Below, piece by piece: positions 7,467-16,529 of a stretch of DNA of 64,000 nt. The notes beneath the pieces were generated by a model. That model saw only the letters and a list, made by a program, of their open reading frames with translations, was not told where the DNA came from and made no database searches. Position 1 is the stretch's first letter. Every line of letters starts with the position of its first letter. The DNA is from Myxococcota bacterium (lineage in GTDB: Bacteria > Myxococcota_A > UBA9160 > UBA6930). The translations under genes and the position numbers were made by a program. Location: positions 640,001 through 704,000 of the forward strand of contig OZ245002.1 in assembly GCA_965223415.1 (NCBI GenBank). The letters run 5' to 3'.

Positions 7467-9980
7467 GTGAGGGCCCTGCCCATCGTCAGCCGCGTGCTCG
7501 GCGGCCTCGCGGTGCTGGCGGTGCTGCTCGTCGCCCTCTCCTGGGCCGGCTTCCGCCTGTGGCTGCGGGGCCAGCCGGAGCAGACCCGCGCCACGGTCGA
7601 GGCGTTCTCGACCCTGGAGCTGTTGGCCGCGGCCCGGGCCGAGCTGTTCCCGCCGGAGCCGGTGGACCGGGCGGGCTTTGGGCGGCGGCTCGTGCCGGGC
7701 CGGGGCCACGCGCCCTGGATCCTGCGCAGCTCCCTGGACGGGCGTCCGCGCATGCTGCAGCTGGCCCTCGCCCCGGGCATCTGGCTCTCCTACGGCACGG
7801 AGATCGCCTCCCTCTACCAGCTCTGGCGAGGCGAGCTCGAGCTGACCGGCGCGGTCTACGACACGCGCCACGGGCCGGAGCCGGTCAGCATGGGCACCGC
7901 GTGGCTGCGCCAGGCGGACGAGACCGACTGGCGGGTCGGGGACGCGGTGCCGGAGGTCCGCTACCTGGGGCACGGGGTCGATCCAGCGAGCGGGCGCGCC
8001 TACCTGCGGAGCGAGCTGTCCCGCGCGGGCACTCGCGCGGTCGTGCGCGAATCACCGGAGCTGGTCCACGACGGCGAGCGGCTCGGGCTGGAGCGGCGCT
8101 TCGTGGTGGAGGCGCGCAGCGGGGCGGCGGAGGTCGCGCTCCTCCTCCGCCCCGGGGCCGAGGAGATCGCGATCGAGGGCGGGGCCGCCGAGCCGGACGG
8201 CGTCGTCCTCGGCGACGACGAGACGGTCCTCGTCCAATGGCTCGGCGAGCCCGGCTTGCCGATCGCCCGGCGCGGGCCGAATCCCCGCCTGCCGGTCTCG
8301 CCGGCCGAGGCCGCCCTGCGGGCCAGCGACTGCGTGAGCTGCCACCAGGAGAACGAGCGCGTGGTCGGGCCCGCCTGGTCGGAGGTGGCACTGCGCTACG
8401 CCGCGGAGGACCCGACGGCGGCGGTGCGGAAGCTCACGACGAGCATCCTCGCCGGAAGCGTCGGCGCTTGGGGCCAGGTGCCGATGCCCGGCCATCCCGA
8501 GCTCTCCCGGGCCCAGGCCGGGGCGATCGCTCGCCACGTTCTGGCGGCCACACCGGAGGCGGCCCCGGCCGGGGGGGACGACGCGGAGGCACGGGCCCGG
8601 TGGCGCTGGAGCTACGAGGTGGACGTGGAGCCGCGCCCGAAGGGCCTGCACCCGGCGCTCCGCGTCGCCCGCATCCGCCCGGACGCCTTCACCCCGAAGG
8701 TGGGCGGCCTGGCGCTGCTCCCGGACGGCGCACTGCTGGTCGCCACCTGGGACCGGGACGGCGCCGTGTTCCGGGTGGAAGGATGGGCGCGGGACGGCGG
8801 AGAAGTCTCGGTCGTGCGCATCGCCGAGGGCCTGCACGAGCCCCTCGGTCTCGCCGTCGCGGGCGACGACGTCTACGTGATGCAGAAGCAGGAGATCAGC
8901 CGCCTCGTCGATCTCGACGGCGACGGCTGGACGGACGAGTACCAAGCGGTTTCCCGGGCCTGGGAGACGACCTCCAACTTCCACGAGTTCGGCTTCGGCC
9001 TCGTCCACCACGAGGGGTTCCTCCACGGCACGCTCTCGGTGTGCGTCCTGCCCGGCGGCTCGAGCTGTCCCGAACAGACGCCCCACCGGGGCCGCGCCTT
9101 CCGGGTGAGCCTGGGCGACGGACGCCTCGAATGGCTGGCCCGGGGCTTCCGGACACCGAACGGTGTCGGCTGGCTGGCGGGCCACGGCCTGCTCGTCACC
9201 GACAACCAGGGCGACTGGCTCCCGGCCAGCAAGCTCCTGCTTGCCCGTCCGGGGAGCTTCCACGGCTGGCGCGGGCCCCGCGAGGCCGGGGAGCTGCCCG
9301 AGACCTCGCCGCCCATCGTCTGGCTTCCCCAGAACGAGGTCGGCAACTCGCCGACCCAGCCGCTGGTGCTGCGCACGGGCCCCTACGCCGGCCAGGTCGT
9401 GTTCGGCGACGTCTACAACGGCGGGCTCAAGCGGGTGGCGCTGGACGAGGTGGATGGCCGACTCCAGGGCGCCGCCTTCCACTTCACGGCGGGCCTCGAG
9501 GGCGGCGTGAACCGTCTGCTGGAGGCGCCGGACGGGAGCCTCCTCGCGGGCGAGATCGGCAGCACGGGCAACTGGGGCGACCTCGGCAAGGAGTGGTACG
9601 GCCTCGAGCGCCTGCGCTTCGGGGAGACGCCCGCTTTCGAGCCCTTCGCGGTCCGCGCCACGGCCGGCGGCTTCGACGTGGAGCTGACCGCTCCGCTCGC
9701 GGCCGGTTCCCAGCCCGGGCCCGGCGACGTGACCCTTCGCGACTGGTTCTATGTTCCCGCGTCCCGCTACGGCGGCCCCAAGTTCGACCCGCGGGAGCTC
9801 CGCGTCCGCGCCGTCCGGCTCTCACCGGACCGCCGCGTGCTCTCCCTCGACGTGGACGGGCTCGAGACCGGGAGGGTGGTCTACCTGCGGCTGGACCGCG
9901 CGCTGCGTTCCGAGCAGGGCGAGTCGCTCTGGGTGAACGAAGCCTGGTACACCCTGAACGCGCTGCCCGGACGGCCCTGA
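7467..9980 (+). CDS. Membrane-anchored c-type cytochrome fused to a beta-propeller domain
   Basis: N-terminal TM, CVSCH..GPAW..WGQVPMPGH, AEGLHEPLGL, GFRTPNG, DNQGDW. Confidence 0.8.
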   Translation: MRALPIVSRVLGGLAVLAVLLVALSWAGFRLWLRGQPEQTRATVEAFSTLELLAAARAELFPPEPVDRAGFGRRLVPGRGHAPWILRSSLDGRPRMLQLALAPGIWLSYGTEIASLYQLWRGELELTGAVYDTRHGPEPVSMGTAWLRQADETDWRVGDAVPEVRYLGHGVDPASGRAYLRSELSRAGTRAVVRESPELVHDGERLGLERRFVVEARSGAAEVALLLRPGAEEIAIEGGAAEPDGVVLGDDETVLVQWLGEPGLPIARRGPNPRLPVSPAEAALRASDCVSCHQENERVVGPAWSEVALRYAAEDPTAAVRKLTTSILAGSVGAWGQVPMPGHPELSRAQAGAIARHVLAATPEAAPAGGDDAEARARWRWSYEVDVEPRPKGLHPALRVARIRPDAFTPKVGGLALLPDGALLVATWDRDGAVFRVEGWARDGGEVSVVRIAEGLHEPLGLAVAGDDVYVMQKQEISRLVDLDGDGWTDEYQAVSRAWETTSNFHEFGFGLVHHEGFLHGTLSVCVLPGGSSCPEQTPHRGRAFRVSLGDGRLEWLARGFRTPNGVGWLAGHGLLVTDNQGDWLPASKLLLARPGSFHGWRGPREAGELPETSPPIVWLPQNEVGNSPTQPLVLRTGPYAGQVVFGDVYNGGLKRVALDEVDGRLQGAAFHFTAGLEGGVNRLLEAPDGSLLAGEIGSTGNWGDLGKEWYGLERLRFGETPAFEPFAVRATAGGFDVELTAPLAAGSQPGPGDVTLRDWFYVPASRYGGPKFDPRELRVRAVRLSPDRRVLSLDVDGLETGRVVYLRLDRALRSEQGESLWVNEAWYTLNALPGRP

Positions 9981-9981
9981 C

Positions 9982-10875
9982 CTAACGTCCGTGCAGCAGC
10001 CCCCGCAGCTCGCGCATCCCCACGGTGCGAATCCCGCGCTCCTCGAGGGCCCGCTCGCCGGGGCGGCCGCCGTAGAAGCTCCGCTCGAAATCGCGCTGGT
10101 GGGCGGAGTCCGGCGTCACCCGGCGGAGCTCCTGGCCGTCTTCGGCGGGATGGCAGATCAGATAGGAGACGCCTTCCTGGAGGCCGTCGAGGCGGCGGGC
10201 GTTGTGGTCGCCGCCCCCGCCTTCCGGGAAGTCCAGGGAGTTGGCGTCGAGACCGTCGAGGACCGGGAAGCCCTTCGCCTCGAAGGCATCGGCCATGTCG
10301 AAGAACATGGCCTTGGCGCCGAGCAGGCCGGCGGCCTCGAGGGTGGCGTCGTCGGGTCGGGCCGCGAGGACCGGCAGGTGGAACTCGGCGGCCAGCTCCT
10401 GGTAGACGGGGAGGAACTTCGGCAGGAAGGCGGTGCCCATGTGGGCGTCGAGATGGGTCACGTCGATGCCGGCGTCGAGGGCCATCACCACCTGGGCGCG
10501 CAGCTCCACCGCCACCTCCTCGGGCTCGGCCCGCACGGCCGCCTCGGCGGTGGTGCGCGGCAGGAAGCCCTCGTCGTCGAGGAGGGTGGGCACGGCGGAG
10601 CGGCCGGCCACCGGCCCCCAGCGGTAGGCGTCCCACTCGGCGTTCAGGGTGAGGTGCACGCCGAGATCCAGCTCCGGGTGGGCCCGGGCCCGCTCCGCCG
10701 CCTCACGGAACCAGGGGCAGGGAACCATGACGCTGCCGCAGGTGGCAGGACCCTCGAGGAGGGCCTCGAAGGCGCCGCGGTTGGCGGCGTGGCACATGCC
10801 GATATCGTCCGCGTGCACGATCGCGATGCGATCCCCCGCGGCGAAACCCAGCTGCTCGGCGAGGCTCTGCATCAT
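9982..10875 (-). CDS. YdjC/ChbG-like carbohydrate deacetylase
   Basis: HADDIGM, GVHLTL, THLDAHMG, ICHP. Confidence 0.9.
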   Translation of the reverse strand: MMQSLAEQLGFAAGDRIAIVHADDIGMCHAANRGAFEALLEGPATCGSVMVPCPWFREAAERARAHPELDLGVHLTLNAEWDAYRWGPVAGRSAVPTLLDDEGFLPRTTAEAAVRAEPEEVAVELRAQVVMALDAGIDVTHLDAHMGTAFLPKFLPVYQELAAEFHLPVLAARPDDATLEAAGLLGAKAMFFDMADAFEAKGFPVLDGLDANSLDFPEGGGGDHNARRLDGLQEGVSYLICHPAEDGQELRRVTPDSAHQRDFERSFYGGRPGERALEERGIRTVGMRELRGLLHGR

Positions 10876-10901
10876 GGGCCGATTCTATCTACGCTCGCCG
10901 G

Positions 10902-11378
10902 ATGACGCGCCTCCCGTGGCTGCTGCTTCCCCTGGGCCTGCTGGCCTGCCTTCCCAGCCCGGGCCCCTTCGTGCTGGCGGCGGCGGAGGGGCGGGTGGTC
11001 GACCGGGAATCCGGCGACGGGATCCCGGAGGCGTGGGTCGTGGAGTGGTACCGGGGCGCGGGTGCGCCCGGAGGCTCCCAACCCGAGTACCACGCCCGCT
11101 TCGCCCGCACCGGGGCGAACGGGGCGTTCCGCTTCGACCGGCGGTTCGCGCCGAGCCCGCGCATCTGGCTGCTGCGCACCTACGGGCCGAGCTACAGCTT
11201 CTTCCATCCGGACTACGGACTGGTCCACGGCGGCCGTCCCGCGGAGGGAGAGGCGGTCCTCCTGCGCGGCTCCCGCGGCGAGGCCGAGCTGCGCCACGCG
11301 GACGTGGCCCCCTACTGCCGGGGCGACCTCCGCGGTGCCGGCGCCCAGCGCCTGGCGGAGCTCGCCTGCGGGCGTTGA
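10902..11378 (+). CDS. Hypothetical exported (lipo)protein, carboxypeptidase-regulatory-like fold possible
   Basis: LLAC lipobox-like; GRVVD..G.GIPEA.V, TGANGAFRF. Confidence 0.55.
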   Translation: MTRLPWLLLPLGLLACLPSPGPFVLAAAEGRVVDRESGDGIPEAWVVEWYRGAGAPGGSQPEYHARFARTGANGAFRFDRRFAPSPRIWLLRTYGPSYSFFHPDYGLVHGGRPAEGEAVLLRGSRGEAELRHADVAPYCRGDLRGAGAQRLAELACGR

Positions 11379-11476
11379 CCGGGAGTCACTCGTTTTTCGC
11401 GGTGACTGCTGGTCAGCGTTGAACTTCGCGGGCGCGCCTGCGTAGGATGCGCCCGAGAGTCATTGGAGGGGGAACC

Positions 11477-12361
11477 ATGACATCGATTCGCGTGCCCGTG
11501 CTCATCCTGTTCGCACTCGTCGCCACGGCGATTCCGGTCCAGGCCGGCGTCGGCGGTGACGACGCCGGAACCTGCGTCAGCGCCTGCGGCGGCTACGGCG
11601 CCGGAAACAACGGCAACAGCTGTTACTGCGATTCGGCCTGCGCCACCTACGGCGATTGCTGCGCCGACTACGAGCCGGTGTGCAATGCCAACACCGGCTG
11701 CTCGCCGAACTCCGGCGGCCGCTACATCCTGCACCTGGGCGGCATGTGCTCCCAGGGCTGGAACGACCAGCTGGCGAGCAAGTCCGGCTACACGGCGATC
11801 GACGTGAAGGCGGTGCAGACGAACCACAGCGGCCTCTCGGATTCCAGCCATACCATGGGCATCTACCTGGACCAGTGCTGCACCGGCTCGAACCTCTGCT
11901 ACGTGCTCAACTACAGCGGCGGCGACGCCGTGATGGGCCACCGCTTCGCCAACTCCGGGACGAACTGGAACGTCAACTGGGTGGGCACGTCCGCGGGCGC
12001 CGGCGGGGGCAGCGAGCTCTCGGGCAACTTCCTCGCCAGCACCTTCGGGCCCTGTGACTACAGCGGCCACCTCGGCACGAGCGAGGTGCGCAACGCCTAC
12101 AACCACAACGACACCAACGGCGAGACCGTCTACCACATCGGCGGCTACGACGGCTGGTGGTACTCCTCCTGGCTGCTGCCGGGGGAGGACGACGGCGCGG
12201 TGGCCTTCCACTCGGCGGGCGCGGTGACGTCGACGACCTCCACCAGCAGCATGTGCACGGCGCCGAAGTGGACGAACCACGTCGCAGCCTGGACCTGCAA
12301 CGGGTACGACCTCGACCACTACGAGATGAAGCCCAAGTTCATCACGAACATGGGTTGGTAG
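11477..12361 (+). CDS. Secreted somatomedin-B-domain protein with lipase-like alpha/beta hydrolase domain
   Basis: GGAGGG RBS, signal peptide VQA, 8-Cys SMB pattern, NYSGG, AGGGSELS, PGEDDGAV, LDH. Confidence 0.75.
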   Translation: MTSIRVPVLILFALVATAIPVQAGVGGDDAGTCVSACGGYGAGNNGNSCYCDSACATYGDCCADYEPVCNANTGCSPNSGGRYILHLGGMCSQGWNDQLASKSGYTAIDVKAVQTNHSGLSDSSHTMGIYLDQCCTGSNLCYVLNYSGGDAVMGHRFANSGTNWNVNWVGTSAGAGGGSELSGNFLASTFGPCDYSGHLGTSEVRNAYNHNDTNGETVYHIGGYDGWWYSSWLLPGEDDGAVAFHSAGAVTSTTSTSSMCTAPKWTNHVAAWTCNGYDLDHYEMKPKFITNMGW

Positions 12362-12371
12362 CGGGCGGTCG

Positions 12372-13508
12372 ATGGCCGACGCACGGGAGGACGCGCCGGA
12401 ACGGCGGGGCGTCCTCCCGTGGCTGCTCGGGGCGCTCCTGGCCGGGGGTGTGCTCGCGTGGGTGATCCTCGCGGCCGGCGGGCCGGAAGGCGCTCCGGTC
12501 GACGTGGCGGCGCCGGCTCCGGCGCCCCCGGATCCGTCTCCGGACCCGGCGTTTCCGGCGCCCGGTGATGCGGAGCTCCCGGAGCCGATCCGTCGCTACC
12601 TGGAGGCCACGCCCTACCCGGAGAGCTCGGGCCGGCTGACAGAGGCCCACGAAGACCTCCTGGCCCCGAACCGCCGCCACGAGCGGGCCCGGCCGATCCC
12701 GGACACGGTCGGGGACGACCTGAGCCGGGTCGTCTCCTCCCTCTTCACCGCCGACCGCTACTTCTACACCAGCGACGAGGTCGTGCAGGCGTTCCTCCAG
12801 GTGACCCGCGGCGGCGAGGTGCTGAACGTGCGGCTCCTCGGCGCGTCGCTCGTGCGGGAGGGGCGGGCCGGAGCCGTGGGGTCGGTCGTCCCCCTCGACT
12901 TCCGCTGGCAGGGCGACCGCTACGTCCTCGAGCAGCCGCTCAGCGCCGTGGCGGACCACCACGGGCCGGTCGTCCTGGGCGTGCACTACGAGTACGCGCC
13001 GGGCGCCGCCTACGAGGAGAGCCTGCGGCTCTTCGTCACGCCGGCGGATCGCGTGCCCGCGCGTTTCACCGGGGAGTTCGACGACGACGTCGTGGACGGC
13101 AGCCTCGAGGTGGACGTAGGTCTCGAGGTGCACGCGCCGGGCTTCTACCGCTTCGATGCGAACCTGTACGACCTGCAGGGCCGCCCGGTGGCCTTCGCCA
13201 CCTACAAGGGCGAGCTCGGGGCGGGCAGCCGGGAGCTCCCGCTGTCGTTCTACGGCAAGGTCCTGCGCGACGCCGGCGCGCCGGGCCCGTGGGTGCTCGG
13301 CGAGCTGCGGGGCTACCGCTTCCTCGAGGGCGCCTACCCGGACCGCGAACGCCTGCCCGACTACCCGGAACGCTACACCACCGGCGCCCACGCCCTCGCC
13401 GCCCTCACCGACGAAGCCCACGTGAGCGCCCACGAGCGCCACATGGTCGACCTGATGCTCGAGGACCTCGCCCGCGGCCTCACCCTCGACGTCCCTCCCA
13501 CCCCGTAA
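12372..13508 (+). CDS. Single-pass membrane protein, Pro-rich linker, beta-rich domains (partner of upstream hydrolase)
   Basis: N-terminal TM, PAPAPPDPSPDP linker, YPESS..DLLAPN, GFYRFDANLYD, LSFYGKVLRD. Confidence 0.7.
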   Translation: MADAREDAPERRGVLPWLLGALLAGGVLAWVILAAGGPEGAPVDVAAPAPAPPDPSPDPAFPAPGDAELPEPIRRYLEATPYPESSGRLTEAHEDLLAPNRRHERARPIPDTVGDDLSRVVSSLFTADRYFYTSDEVVQAFLQVTRGGEVLNVRLLGASLVREGRAGAVGSVVPLDFRWQGDRYVLEQPLSAVADHHGPVVLGVHYEYAPGAAYEESLRLFVTPADRVPARFTGEFDDDVVDGSLEVDVGLEVHAPGFYRFDANLYDLQGRPVAFATYKGELGAGSRELPLSFYGKVLRDAGAPGPWVLGELRGYRFLEGAYPDRERLPDYPERYTTGAHALAALTDEAHVSAHERHMVDLMLEDLARGLTLDVPPTP

Positions 13509-13541
13509 CTCTGGCCCCGTTTCTCACCTACCTTTGGCGGC

Positions 13542-14309
13542 ATGGGGATCGATCTGGCGGCGGCGGCGGATGCGGCCGGCGCGGCGGCGGATGCGGCGCG
13601 GCGGGAGATCCTGCCTCGGTTCCGGCGGGTGGAGGTGGAGACGAAGAGCGACGGCTCGCCGGTGACCGAGGCGGACCGGGCGGCGGAGCAGGCGATCCGC
13701 GAGGTGCTGCGCGGCTTCGATCCCTCCATCGGCATCCTGGGCGAGGAGTTCGGGGCGGAGGGCGCCAGCGACGGGCTCCGCTGGATCGTGGACCCGATCG
13801 ACGGGACGATCGGCTTCAGCCGGGGCATCGCGCTGTTCAGCACGATCATCGCCCTGCTCGCGGACGGCGAGCCGGTGCTCGGCCTGATCGACTTGCCGGG
13901 CCTGGAGGAGCGCTACCTGGGCTGGGAGGGCGCCGGCGTCACGCGCAACGGCGAGCCGGTGCGCTGCTCCCGGGAGAGCGACCCCCGGCGCGCCCTCATC
14001 GCCCACGGCGACGCCTTCTGCTTCGACGGGTTCGGCGAGCGCGCCGCCTTCGACCGGATGGTCGCGGACCTCCCGATCTTCCGGGGCTACACGGACGCCT
14101 TCGGCCATGCGCAGGTGCTGCACGGCGGCGTCGACGCCATGGTCGACACGGGGCTCCACGCCTGGGACGCGGCGGCCACCCAGATCCTCGTGCCCGAGGC
14201 AGGCGGACGCTGCGTCACCCTGGACCGGAGCACAGACGACCGCGGGCTCGGGCTCGTGTTCGGGAGCCCGGCCCTGGTCGAGACCCTGCTCGACTATCTC
14301 GGGAGCTAG
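13542..14309 (+). CDS. Inositol monophosphatase family (HisN-like)
   Basis: KSDGSPVTEADR, GEE, WIVDPIDGT, WDAAA..EAGG. Confidence 0.9.
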   Translation: MGIDLAAAADAAGAAADAARREILPRFRRVEVETKSDGSPVTEADRAAEQAIREVLRGFDPSIGILGEEFGAEGASDGLRWIVDPIDGTIGFSRGIALFSTIIALLADGEPVLGLIDLPGLEERYLGWEGAGVTRNGEPVRCSRESDPRRALIAHGDAFCFDGFGERAAFDRMVADLPIFRGYTDAFGHAQVLHGGVDAMVDTGLHAWDAAATQILVPEAGGRCVTLDRSTDDRGLGLVFGSPALVETLLDYLGS

Positions 14310-14312
14310 ACG

Positions 14313-14768
14313 CTAGTCGGTGACGGCATCGGCGGCTTCCTCGGCCGCCTCTCCCGCGGCGTCGGCGGCTGCCTCCGCGCCCTCCTCCACGGCATCGGCG
14401 GCGTCGCCAGCCATGTCGCCCGCCGCATCGGCGGCGTCCCCGGCCATGTCGCCCGCCGCATCGACGGCGTCGCCGGCCATGTCGCCCGCCGCATCGACGG
14501 CGTCGCCGGCCGCCTCACCGACGGCCTCCGCCGCATCGGCGGCCACGTCGGCCACCTCGCCGGCCGCATCGGCGGCCGCAGCCACCCCGGCCGCGCCCGC
14601 CGCGGCGGCGGCCTCGCCGGTCTTCTCCGCCATCTCGCCGGCGGCCTCTGCGGCCTCACCGGCGGCGGAGGCTGCTTCGTCCATGGCATCCTGGGCGCTC
14701 TCGCTGCCGCACCCCGCCAGCCAGACGACGCACAGCAAGGCTCCCATCGCAATTCCGAGACGCTTCAT
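14313..14768 (-). CDS. Acidic Ala-rich low-complexity lipoprotein with 11-aa repeats
   Basis: MKRLGIAMGALLCVVWLAGC lipobox after GGAGGGGAGGGAG; DAAGDMAGDA(V/A) repeats. Confidence 0.8.
   Translation of the reverse strand: MKRLGIAMGALLCVVWLAGCGSESAQDAMDEAASAAGEAAEAAGEMAEKTGEAAAAAGAAGVAAAADAAGEVADVAADAAEAVGEAAGDAVDAAGDMAGDAVDAAGDMAGDAADAAGDMAGDAADAVEEGAEAAADAAGEAAEEAADAVTD
14392..14511. repeat. 33-bp intragenic tandem repeat, ~3.6 copies
   Basis: Units start at 14392,14425,14458,14491. Confidence 0.9.
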
Positions 14769-14846
14769 CGGCTCTCCCTCCCCTCCGGCGCCGCGAGTGG
14801 GCGGCCCGGTTGACGCCGCTATCGTACGGGGTTCCCGCCTCAAAAA

Positions 14847-14862
14847 AGTGAGATTCGTCACA
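14847..14862. promoter_or_regulatory. CRP/FNR-type site
   Basis: AGTGA-GATTCG-TCACA with A-tract flank. Confidence 0.55.
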
Positions 14863-16499
14863 TGGTCTCTCCCGACTCGGTTCTCTCCCTCGACGACGCC
14901 CGCACCCTGCTGGGAGCGGCCAAGGCCCTCCTCGACCCGTGCCTCGACCGGGCGCGGCAGGTGACCGAGGGCGGCAAGGCCATCGACGACCACCAGGTGC
15001 TGACGGAGCGGATCGCCTACGCCGCCACCGAGACCCGCGCCGCCGAGGAGGTGATTGCCTTCGTGGATGCCGCCGCCGGCGAGGGCCGCAGCGTGGACGG
15101 CGCCACCGCCGTGGCCGCCGTCGCCGAGCTGGTGACGAACGTGCGAAACCGCCTCGACGGGGTCCTGCCGGACCTGGGCCTGGGCGACGTCGAGCTCGAG
15201 ACCGCCTTCCCCGCCGCGGTGCGCGGCCTACTCCGCGCCGGCACCCAGGAAGGGCTGCTGCGCGACATCGGCCGCCGCGCCATCGACGCCAAGGGCCGCA
15301 CCGAGCCGCCCCTCGACGAGATGCTCGAGCAGGTGCGCGACTCGGTGCGCGAGTTCGCCGAGAACGAGGTCGTGCCTCACGCCGAGTTCATCCACCGCGA
15401 GGACAAGGACATCCCCGAGGAGTTCATCACCAAGATGGGCGAACTCGGCTACTTCGGGCTCTCGATCCCGGAGGAGTACGGCGGCCACGAAATGGGCAAC
15501 CTGGCGATGATCCTCACCACCGAGGAGCTGTCCCGTGCGTCGCTGGCCGGCGCGGGATCCCTGATCACCCGGCCGGAGATCCTGACGAAGGCGCTGCTCC
15601 AGGGCGGGACCGAGGAGCAGAAGAAGCACTGGCTCCCGAAGCTCTCCTCGGGCGAGGTGATGGTAGGCGTGTCGGTGACGGAGCCGGACATCGGCAGCGA
15701 CGTGGCCGGCGTGAAATGCCGCGCCACCCGCGACGGCGAGGACTGGGTGATCAACGGACCGAAGGCCTGGTGCACCTTCGCCGGTCGGGCCAACGTGCTG
15801 GCGCTGCTCGCGCGCACCGATCCGGATCTCTCGAAGCGGCAGAAGGGCCTCTCGCTCTTCATCGTGCCGAAGGACTCGTTCCCGGGTCACGAGTTCGAGA
15901 TGAAGCAGCCGGGCGGCGGCCGCATGGTGGGCAAGGCCGACGCCACGCCCGGCTACCGCGGCATGCACAGCTTCACCCTGAACCTCGAGAACTACCGGGT
16001 GCCCGGCGAGAACCTGGTGGGCCTCGAGGAAGGGCTCGGCCGCGGCTTCTACCTGCAGATGGGCGGCTTCGCGGCCGGCCGCCTCCAGACCGGCGGTCGC
16101 GCCTGCGGCCTCGCCCAGGCCGCCCTCGAGGAGACCGCCAAGTACGTAGTCGATCGCAACCAGTTCCAGCAGCCGATCAGCGAGTTCCAGCTCACCCAGT
16201 ACACCCTCGGCCGGATGGCCTCACGGCTCTTCGCCGCCCGCTGCATCACCTACGCCGCCGCCGAAGCCATGGACGAGGACGAGCGCGCCGCCGGCCCCCT
16301 CGCGGCCCAGGCGAAGCTCCTCGCCTGCGACATCGCCGTCGAGGTCACCCAGCAGGGCCAGCTCATGCACGGCGGCTGGGGCTACGCCGAGGAGTACCCG
16401 ATCAGCCGCTACGTCGTCGACGCCCAGGTCCTCCCCATCTTCGAAGGCGTCAAGCCCATCCTCGAGCTCCCCGTCATCGGCCGCTCCTTGTTAAGTTAG
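14862..16499 (+). CDS. Acyl-CoA dehydrogenase with N-terminal extension
   Basis: IPEEYGG, SVTEPDIGSD, INGPKAW, HGGWGYAEEY, IFEG. Confidence 0.95.
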   Translation: MVSPDSVLSLDDARTLLGAAKALLDPCLDRARQVTEGGKAIDDHQVLTERIAYAATETRAAEEVIAFVDAAAGEGRSVDGATAVAAVAELVTNVRNRLDGVLPDLGLGDVELETAFPAAVRGLLRAGTQEGLLRDIGRRAIDAKGRTEPPLDEMLEQVRDSVREFAENEVVPHAEFIHREDKDIPEEFITKMGELGYFGLSIPEEYGGHEMGNLAMILTTEELSRASLAGAGSLITRPEILTKALLQGGTEEQKKHWLPKLSSGEVMVGVSVTEPDIGSDVAGVKCRATRDGEDWVINGPKAWCTFAGRANVLALLARTDPDLSKRQKGLSLFIVPKDSFPGHEFEMKQPGGGRMVGKADATPGYRGMHSFTLNLENYRVPGENLVGLEEGLGRGFYLQMGGFAAGRLQTGGRACGLAQAALEETAKYVVDRNQFQQPISEFQLTQYTLGRMASRLFAARCITYAAAEAMDEDERAAGPLAAQAKLLACDIAVEVTQQGQLMHGGWGYAEEYPISRYVVDAQVLPIFEGVKPILELPVIGRSLLS

Positions 16500-16526
16500 G
16501 GGCCGGTTCCGTTTGTTAAGTTGTCG
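16488..16526. repeat. Second copy of REP-like repeat
   Basis: TTGTTAAGTT + AGGGGCCGGTTCCGTTTGTTAAGTT + GTCG. Confidence 0.8.
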
Positions 16527-16529
16527 CAG

